A DNA stretch of 64,000 nt from Bacteroidia bacterium. Lineage in GTDB: Bacteria > Bacteroidota > Bacteroidia > Palsa-965. The position numbers and the translations under genes are program-made. This document shows, in pieces, positions 57,990 to 64,000 of this stretch. The notes beneath the pieces were generated by a model, which searched no databases, was not told where the DNA came from, and worked only from the letters and a program-made list of their open reading frames with translations. The stretch spans positions 271,426 through 335,425 of the forward strand of contig JALONL010000003.1 of the NCBI GenBank assembly GCA_025454955.1, read 5' to 3'. Each line of letters starts with the position of its first letter. The first letter of the stretch is position 1.

Positions 57990-58955
57990 ATGAACAGATC
58001 TCAAAAAATGATCGTCATGAAAACGAAAGTATGGTTAACCACAGCAGTGCTTGCACTGCTGTGGGCTGCCGATGTACATGCACAGCAGGATCCGCAGTTT
58101 ACCCATTACATGTACAACACACTCAGTGTAAATCCCGCCTACGCAGGCAGCCGCGGATCGCTGAATGTGAGTGCGCTTCACCGCCAGCAGTGGATAGGTT
58201 TTGAAGGTGCGCCAATGACACAAACCGTTTACGCTCACATGCCGCTGCCCAACGAAAAAATGGGCGTGGGGCTTTCGGTGGTAAACGATAAAATCGGGCC
58301 GCTCAATCAAACTTTTATCTACGGCGATTATTCATACACTGTACGTTTGACGAGTGCCGTGAAACTGGCATTCGGTATCAAGGCAGGTTTGAATATGTTT
58401 CAGCCCAAGATTGCCGGGTTGAGCACCATTGATGCGTCTGATCCTTCGTTTGTAAACAGCACGCTTGAGCGTTCCATCAAACCCAACCTCGGAGCCGGTT
58501 TATACCTGCACCACGAGCGTTGGTACATTGGTGCCAGTTCGCCACGCTTGCTGGAAAACAAGTTTAACCTTAACGGTGTTTCTGCCAACGATACGAATAC
58601 GGTGAAAGAAATCCGCCACCTGTTTCTAATTGGCGGATTGGTATTTCCGATTAACAGCGAACTCAAACTGAAACCCACCGTTCAAACCAAGCTGGTTAAA
58701 AACGCGCCGCTTTCGCTCGATGCCACGGTAGAGGCGTTAATCCGCGACCAGTTTAACCTTGGTGTGGGTATGCGTTTGGGCGATAGTTTCTACGGACTGG
58801 TAGGCTATCAGTTCAACGATCAGTTCAAGGCCGGTATGTCTTACGATTATACGATAGGCCCGTTGCGCAACGTGAATGGAAATACAGTAGAGATTTTCCT
58901 CAGTTACGATTTCTTTTTCCGCAACGATAAAATCCGCTCACCGCGTTATTTCTGA
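57990..58955 (+). CDS. T9SS membrane protein, PorP/SprF family
   Basis: The hallmark N-terminus ...AQQDPQFTHYMYNTLSVNPAYAGS and its position immediately downstream of a type-B CTD protein. Its stop overlaps the start of the next gene. Confidence 0.85.
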   Translation: MNRSQKMIVMKTKVWLTTAVLALLWAADVHAQQDPQFTHYMYNTLSVNPAYAGSRGSLNVSALHRQQWIGFEGAPMTQTVYAHMPLPNEKMGVGLSVVNDKIGPLNQTFIYGDYSYTVRLTSAVKLAFGIKAGLNMFQPKIAGLSTIDASDPSFVNSTLERSIKPNLGAGLYLHHERWYIGASSPRLLENKFNLNGVSANDTNTVKEIRHLFLIGGLVFPINSELKLKPTVQTKLVKNAPLSLDATVEALIRDQFNLGVGMRLGDSFYGLVGYQFNDQFKAGMSYDYTIGPLRNVNGNTVEIFLSYDFFFRNDKIRSPRYF

Positions 58956-61207
58956 TGAAATTTCAAACGACCAAACGCTCTGTTATGAAATACTTAGTGA
59001 TGCTCCTGCTGTGTGTAACAGCATTTGCCGCACAGGCTCAAACGCCCACGCAACGCCGTGCCGATCGTTACTACGACCGTCTGGCGTATGCACGAGCCAT
59101 TCCGCTGTATGAAAAACTGGCGGCTTCAAACGCTGCCGACGACCGCACGCTTATGCGTCTGGGCGATTGCTACCGCAACCTGGGCCGCTGGGGCAAGGCC
59201 GAAGAAACCTACGGCAAAGTGGCCAAAGGCGCCAGTCCTACAGCCGAGAGTTTCTACAACTACGCCCAGGCTTTGCGTGCCAATGGCAAGTACGATGAAA
59301 GCCTGCTGTGGATGGATAAATTTCACGGCATACAGCTTGCCGACCGGCGCGGAACGGAACACGTAACCCGCCGCGATTTCATCCAGAAAATAAACGGCCA
59401 GCCTGCTTATTTCGATTTGCAGTCGCTCGACATCAACACCGCCCAGGCCGATTTCGGCACCGGGTTTTACAAAGACAAAGTGGTGTTTACCTCTTCGCGT
59501 CGCAAGCGTGCGGGCGTGGTAACCATTCACGCATGGAACAACAATCCGTTTCTCGATCTCTTTGTGGCCGGCCGCGATTCATCTACCGGTAAGTTGAGCA
59601 ATGCCACTTTGCTTAGTCGCAAAACCAACACCCGCTATCACGAAGGCCCTGCCTGTTTTACCTCAAACGGCATGACCATGTACTTTACGCGAAACAATTA
59701 TTTCAATAAAGAGTATCGCAAAGACAGCAAGGGTGTAAACAACCTGAAAATTTTCCGCGCTGTGTGGAACGGTACTGCCTGGGTGGAAGAAAATCTGCCC
59801 ATAAACAGCGATGAATTTTCGGTAGGTCACCCCGCACTCAGCCCCGACGGAAACTGGCTTTATTTTGTGAGCGATATGCCCGGCGGCATTGGCGGAACGG
59901 ATGTATATCGTGTGGCGATTTCGGAAGCCGGAAAATTAGGTGTGCCCCAGAATCTGGGCAACGTAATCAATACCGAAGGCAACGAAATGTTTCCATTTGT
60001 GGATAAAGACGGTAATCTTTTCTTTGCATCCAACGGGCACGTAGGTTTGGGCGGATTAGATGTAAACTATGCAGCTCCCAAAGGCGATGGTTTTGCCAAG
60101 CCCGAAAACCTGGGCGCACCCGTGAACACACCCGACGATGATTTTGCGCTCGTGCTGGATGCTTCGGGCAAAGGCTATTTGTCGAGCAACCGTGCCGGCG
60201 GGAAAGGCGATGATGATATTTACGCCGTTCGTCTGGTTCGTCCGCTCAAACAAACCTACCTCGTAAAAGGTGTGGCCAAAGACAAGCGTGCCGATGTACT
60301 GCTTGCCGGTGCCGAAATTTCGCTGCGCGATGCTGCCGGAAATGTGATTCAAACCGTGACAACCGGTGTGGATGGAAATTATCAGTTTGAAGTTGATCCT
60401 GCCAAAGAGTATTCCATTACCGGCACAAAGGAAAAGTATTTCGATGGCGTGAATAAATTCAACACCAACGAACTTGGCGAGAAAACAGAACTTGTAAAGG
60501 ATGTGGAGCTTGAAAAAGACCCCGGCCTTTCGCTGTATGCGCTGGTTACCGACAAAACAAACGGCAAGCCGCTGGATGGCGTGAAAATGGTAATTACCGA
60601 CAACATCACCGGCCAGCCGGTTACCGATATGCTTACACCCGTGTCGGGCGATTTCCGCAAGCCGTTGCCCGAGAAAAAAATCGGCGACCGCATCAGCTAC
60701 AACATCAAGCTTGACAAGGAAGGTTACTTAGGCAAGGTGGTTACGTTTAATGCGTCGATTGAAAAAGCCGGCGAAATTAAAGTACACGAGGCAATGGATC
60801 TTTCGCTCGACAAGATTCAGGTGGGAGCCGACCTTGCCAAGATTATCGACATCAAGCCCATTTATTTCGATCTGGGCAAGTCAAACATCCGTCCCGATGC
60901 GGCTGCCGAGCTCGACAAGATTGTGAAGGTAATGAAGGAAAATCCCACAATGGTAATCGAACTCGGTTCGCATACCGACTGCCGTTCGAGCGCCGCTTCC
61001 AACATGGCACTGAGCGATCGTCGCGCCAAATCGTCGGCAGCGTACATTATTTCCAAAGGCATTGATGCCAGTCGCATTTACGGCAAAGGCTACGGCGAAA
61101 CCAAACTAATAAACGGCTGCGCCTGCGAAGGTGCCGTAAAGTCAACCTGCTCGGAGCAGGAGCACCAGCAGAACCGCCGTACTGAGTTTATTATTGTGAA
61201 GATGTAA
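58955..61207 (+). CDS. OmpA-family protein (TPR and TolB-like beta-propeller with a C-terminal OmpA peptidoglycan-binding domain)
   Basis: C-terminal OmpA-like block IKPIYFDLGKSNIRPDAAAELDKIVKVM...ELGSHTDCRSSAASNMALSDRRAKS. TPR-like N-terminus. A WD40/TolB-like segment (LSPDGNWLYFVSD...GGTDVYRV). The likely start is MKYLVMLLL at about 58985. Confidence 0.85.
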   Translation: MKFQTTKRSVMKYLVMLLLCVTAFAAQAQTPTQRRADRYYDRLAYARAIPLYEKLAASNAADDRTLMRLGDCYRNLGRWGKAEETYGKVAKGASPTAESFYNYAQALRANGKYDESLLWMDKFHGIQLADRRGTEHVTRRDFIQKINGQPAYFDLQSLDINTAQADFGTGFYKDKVVFTSSRRKRAGVVTIHAWNNNPFLDLFVAGRDSSTGKLSNATLLSRKTNTRYHEGPACFTSNGMTMYFTRNNYFNKEYRKDSKGVNNLKIFRAVWNGTAWVEENLPINSDEFSVGHPALSPDGNWLYFVSDMPGGIGGTDVYRVAISEAGKLGVPQNLGNVINTEGNEMFPFVDKDGNLFFASNGHVGLGGLDVNYAAPKGDGFAKPENLGAPVNTPDDDFALVLDASGKGYLSSNRAGGKGDDDIYAVRLVRPLKQTYLVKGVAKDKRADVLLAGAEISLRDAAGNVIQTVTTGVDGNYQFEVDPAKEYSITGTKEKYFDGVNKFNTNELGEKTELVKDVELEKDPGLSLYALVTDKTNGKPLDGVKMVITDNITGQPVTDMLTPVSGDFRKPLPEKKIGDRISYNIKLDKEGYLGKVVTFNASIEKAGEIKVHEAMDLSLDKIQVGADLAKIIDIKPIYFDLGKSNIRPDAAAELDKIVKVMKENPTMVIELGSHTDCRSSAASNMALSDRRAKSSAAYIISKGIDASRIYGKGYGETKLINGCACEGAVKSTCSEQEHQQNRRTEFIIVKM

Positions 61208-61229
61208 ATCAATTTTTTAGCTGAATCTG

Positions 61230-61268
61230 AAGCCGCCTGTGTAAGAATTTATGCAGGCGGCTTTTTTG
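61230..61268 (+). terminator. Rho-independent terminator
   Basis: aagccgcctg-(14-nt loop)-caggcggctt followed by TTTTTT, 23 bp after the stop. Confidence 0.75.
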
Positions 61269-61340
61269 TGATTTTGATGCTGCAGGCGTGATGATTCTCC
61301 AGCCCCCGACAAAAAATGTCAGGGCAGGCTGAGATTGCAG

Positions 61341-61440
61341 CGGAAACACCGCAACAGCAAAAACAGTTGTGTGCCCAACTCTCCGAGGTTTTCGGAAACC
61401 TCGGAGAGTTGAGTGGTTTTTTGTTTTTGCTGTTGCGGTG
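61341..61440. repeat. A ~100-bp nested imperfect palindrome that is not part of any gene
   Basis: Outer arms caccgcaacagcaaaaaca and tgtttttgctgttgcggtg (19 bp, perfectly complementary). Inner stem caactctccgaggtt-ttcgga-aacctcggagagttg (15 bp, 5-nt loop). The inner stem is flanked by non-complementary bulges. Confidence 0.6.
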
Positions 61441-61500
61441 TTGGAGCGTAAAGCCCAAGCCAAGCGGTTCTAAATTGCTTCCCCGGTTCGCTCCAAAAAA

Positions 61501-61839
61501 TTAAAAATACCCCTGCACCGAATCCCACTCCACAATTACAAACACCAGCGCCACACACACCGCCAGCGCCGAAACGCAGCAACCCACAATGGCCAGCGTG
61601 CGGGCCGTGCGTATGCGCTGCACCGAAACACGGCTCCAGCGCGAAGGCCGTTTCTCGTACTCGCCAAGCCTGCGGCCCGTGAGTAAAAGCACAGCCACCC
61701 CAATGCCCACACCTATAATTCCCGCAAAAACAATGGAAGCCACGCCCAGCACAATAAGTAAACGGCTGCCCGACAAATCGGGCGGCGGCGGCGGTGGAGA
61801 GGCTTGCTGCTTGCTGTCGGGGTAATATGGATACGGCAT
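61501..61839 (-). CDS. Small proline-rich membrane protein (DUF4190-like)
   Basis: MPYPYYPDSKQQASPPPPPPDLSG followed by two hydrophobic helices. Same architecture as the 16087-16431 product. Confidence 0.45.
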   Translation of the reverse strand: MPYPYYPDSKQQASPPPPPPDLSGSRLLIVLGVASIVFAGIIGVGIGVAVLLLTGRRLGEYEKRPSRWSRVSVQRIRTARTLAIVGCCVSALAVCVALVFVIVEWDSVQGYF

Positions 61840-61994
61840 ATCCCTGCAAAGTTAGCCGAACAGATTATTTGACCAACAGCACGAACCGCGCTGCCAGTTA
61901 TGCCCGGCTAAAAATTTTAGCCACCCCTGTAACAAGCAGTCGTGCAGCCCCGTCATATTCACAAACAACGACAAAACGTACAAAAACATATACC

Positions 61995-62342
61995 ATGAAA
62001 ACCATCGTCCTTTTCCTCGCCCTTCTCGTTGCCGGTTCGGCCACAGCCATGCCTGTAAACAACACACCTGCCGCCGCCACATCGGCTGCCCAGCAGGAGT
62101 ATATTGTAAACACCATCCGCCAGGCCATTCATCTGCCCGAAGTACTTAAAACACAGGTGGGTCAGCAACGTATGCTGGTGGTATTTACCATTGATGCCGA
62201 AGGCCGTGTAAAAGTGCAGGAAGTAGGCAGCGGCAACCAGTTGGTGAAAACCTCCATTACCCGCCAGTTCGAAAACCTTCAGTTTGCGGCCACCGGTAAA
62301 ACAGAAATGTATTCTATCTGGTTAAATTTCAATGTATTGTAA
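61995..62342 (+). CDS. Hypothetical small secreted protein
   Basis: MKTIVLFLALLVAGSATA signal peptide. The ORF track starts at 61794, but the internal Met with the signal peptide is more plausible. Confidence 0.45.
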   Translation: MKTIVLFLALLVAGSATAMPVNNTPAAATSAAQQEYIVNTIRQAIHLPEVLKTQVGQQRMLVVFTIDAEGRVKVQEVGSGNQLVKTSITRQFENLQFAATGKTEMYSIWLNFNVL

Positions 62343-62427
62343 TAAATTTACAGCCGGGTTGTAACAATAAGTCCGGTATATCGTCCCACAAATACAAAGT
62401 ATAAGCATATTTATCCCCCCGAATAAA

Positions 62428-63891
62428 ATGAAAACGATGAATCACATATTGATGAGTGTGGCCGCCGCAGTGGTTTTTGCCGGCACACTCGGCGCACAGA
62501 GTAAGGATGTGCGCAGTGTTGGCGATTTTCGCGGCATCCGCACCGAGGGAGCCGTGGTAGTGGTACTCAAGCAAAGTGCCGATTCAAACTCGGTAGTGGT
62601 GGAAGCCGCCACACCCAAAGCCGCGCAGCTTGTAAGCACCACTATTTCCGACGGAATTCTCATCATTAACACCGATAAAGCCGAACGTGCCGACGGAAAC
62701 CAGATTACAGTACGTGTGGCCGCCCGCAAACTCAACTCAATTGAAGCTACCGGCGGCTCGGTGGTGAAATGCAAGGACACGCTTCAAACCGACTCCATGA
62801 AGCTGCAGTTTTCGGGTGCCACCGAAGGCAAGGTGCTGGTTAAGGCTCAAAAAGTGGATGCGCAAACCTCGGGTGCCGCCGAACTCAAGATCTATGGCGA
62901 AACCGATAAGTTTACTGCCGTGGCCAGTGGTGCTTCCGAACTCAAAGCCTTCCAGCTTCGTGCGCAAACAGCCGAAATCACGGCCTCGGGTGCTTCTACC
63001 CTGCATACGTCGGTGTATAAGTCAGTTTCGGGCACGGCAAGCGGTGCATCTACGGTGCGCTACTACGGGCCGCAGTCGCAAAACATCTTCAAATCGGGCG
63101 GTGCCGAAATCGAACACCGCGAAGGCGAAGCTGCAAGAGCCGGTACCAGCCCCTCAGACACCATCAGCATTAAAGTAGGTAAACGTACCGTGAATGTAGT
63201 GGATGGCGAATGGGTGAACGAAGACGAGTTTTCCGACCGCGAGAAAAAAGCACGCGACGACGACTTTAAATTCTGGCGCGGCTTCGACATCGGTGTAAAC
63301 GGTTACCTCAGTGCCGACAACAAAATTGAACTGCCCAATGGCTTCGAACCATTCGAACTCAACTACGCCAGGTCGTATGTGTTTGGCTGGAACATGTTTC
63401 AGAAAAACCTGCACATTTACCGCAACAACGTGAACCTCGGCACCGGACTCGGACTTACCTGGTATCACTACAATTTCCGCGGCAATTACACACTTGCATC
63501 CAACGTACCGTTTCAAAGCTCAGACTTCGATTCCACACGCAACTTCAGCCGCAACCGTTTAAACATGTGCTATGTAAATGTGCCGCTGTTCCTTGAGTTC
63601 AACACCAACAACGACGACGCAGACCGTTCGTTCCACGTAGCAGCCGGTATGCAGTTTGGCTACAACATTTTCAGAAACAAACTCAAGCAGCGTTTCGAAA
63701 TGGACGGCCAAACCCAGAAGCGCACCATCAGAGATAACTACAATGTAAATCCGTTCCGGTTCGATGCCATTGCCCGCATCGGTTACGGCGACTTCACACT
63801 CTTTGGTTCCTATTCACTCACCACATTGTTTGAGCGCGAAAAAGGGCCGGTGTTTTATCCCTGGTCGGCCGGTTTGAGTTTGAATTTCTAA
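62428..63891 (+). CDS. Secreted protein with an N-terminal DUF2807/GIN-like beta-helical adhesin-head domain and a C-terminal outer-membrane beta-barrel-like domain
   Basis: Signal peptide. VRSVGDFRGIRTEGAVVVVLKQSADSNSVVVEA...ISDGILIINT and repeated SGA(S/A)ELK beta-solenoid units. The C-terminal half is Tyr/Asn/Phe-rich and ends ...SAGLSLNF, a terminal Phe typical of outer-membrane beta-barrel proteins. Confidence 0.5.
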   Translation: MKTMNHILMSVAAAVVFAGTLGAQSKDVRSVGDFRGIRTEGAVVVVLKQSADSNSVVVEAATPKAAQLVSTTISDGILIINTDKAERADGNQITVRVAARKLNSIEATGGSVVKCKDTLQTDSMKLQFSGATEGKVLVKAQKVDAQTSGAAELKIYGETDKFTAVASGASELKAFQLRAQTAEITASGASTLHTSVYKSVSGTASGASTVRYYGPQSQNIFKSGGAEIEHREGEAARAGTSPSDTISIKVGKRTVNVVDGEWVNEDEFSDREKKARDDDFKFWRGFDIGVNGYLSADNKIELPNGFEPFELNYARSYVFGWNMFQKNLHIYRNNVNLGTGLGLTWYHYNFRGNYTLASNVPFQSSDFDSTRNFSRNRLNMCYVNVPLFLEFNTNNDDADRSFHVAAGMQFGYNIFRNKLKQRFEMDGQTQKRTIRDNYNVNPFRFDAIARIGYGDFTLFGSYSLTTLFEREKGPVFYPWSAGLSLNF

Positions 63892-63932
63892 GCCGGTTAT
63901 CGCGAAACGATTTTCTGTTGCAGCAGATTTTT

Positions 63933-63978
63933 AACCGCCCGCCCCGCTTTGCTTCCGCAGGGGCGGGCGGTTTTTTTG
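63933..63978 (+). terminator. Rho-independent terminator
   Basis: ccgcccgcccc-(loop)-ggggcgggcgg followed by TTTTTTT. Confidence 0.75.
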
Positions 63979-64000
63979 GGCGGGGTTATTCTTTATCGTC

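Noticed and set aside
61316-61849. 176-aa minus-strand and 62-aa plus-strand ORFs spanning the 61341-61440 palindrome
   Set aside because: They are stop-free because of palindromic symmetry. The 176-aa frame overlaps the better-supported 112-aa DUF4190-like gene in another frame, and its composition is Gly/Cys/Ala-rich nonsense.
1-64000. Search for tRNA, rRNA, CRISPR arrays, integrases or transposases and IS elements
   Set aside because: None were found. The intergenic regions are too short or too AT-rich for tRNAs. There are no direct-repeat/spacer arrays outside coding sequence. No recombinase-like ORFs flank the two AT-rich defence-like pairs, so no mobile element could be delimited.

Overview
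This 64 kb window is a chromosomal segment from a GC-rich member of the Bacteroidota. The phylum call rests on several features: many proteins carry type IX secretion (T9SS) C-terminal sorting domains, a PorP/SprF-family gene is present, the glutamine-rich N-termini before signal-peptide hydrophobic cores are typical of the phylum, ribosomal protein L21 has a lysine/alanine-rich tail, and the kynurenine-pathway genes are present. No rRNA, tRNA or CRISPR array was found.

Most of the window is housekeeping. Recognisable genes include fumC, prfB (with its programmed +1 frameshift), gcvP, fbp, lysC, serS, rpmA, rplU, hemL, rsmA, mgtE, and genes for an aminotransferase, a mannose-1-phosphate guanylyltransferase, a kynurenine 3-monooxygenase and a kynureninase. 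The rest is an unusually dense set of cell-surface and T9SS cargo genes.

Two separate AT-rich two-gene modules, each an ABC-type AAA ATPase plus a small TOPRIM/OLD-like partner, are wedged between housekeeping genes and look like horizontally acquired antiphage or abortive-infection systems. One is an RloB/AbiLii-like pair at 35860-37803 that splits the kmo...kynU cluster. The other, at 6395-8181, is a less well characterised pair whose small partner looks like a DUF4276-type protein. That second pair is the best candidate in the window for an undescribed system.

The largest single feature is a 4727-aa T9SS type-B cell-surface protein (43790-57973), followed by PorP/SprF and OmpA-family genes. 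It contains 15 tandem 240-bp Ig-like repeats with a roughly 0.72 kb higher-order duplication, and about 7.5 kb of thrombospondin-type-3-like calcium-binding aspartate repeats, some organised as ~1.1 kb super-repeats and some as near-identical 186-bp units.

Other curiosities are two pairs of T9SS cargo paralogs (one divergent, one tandem), an orphan SiaC/DUF1987-like phosphoprotein gene, and a roughly 100-bp nested palindrome downstream of the OmpA-family gene's terminator.
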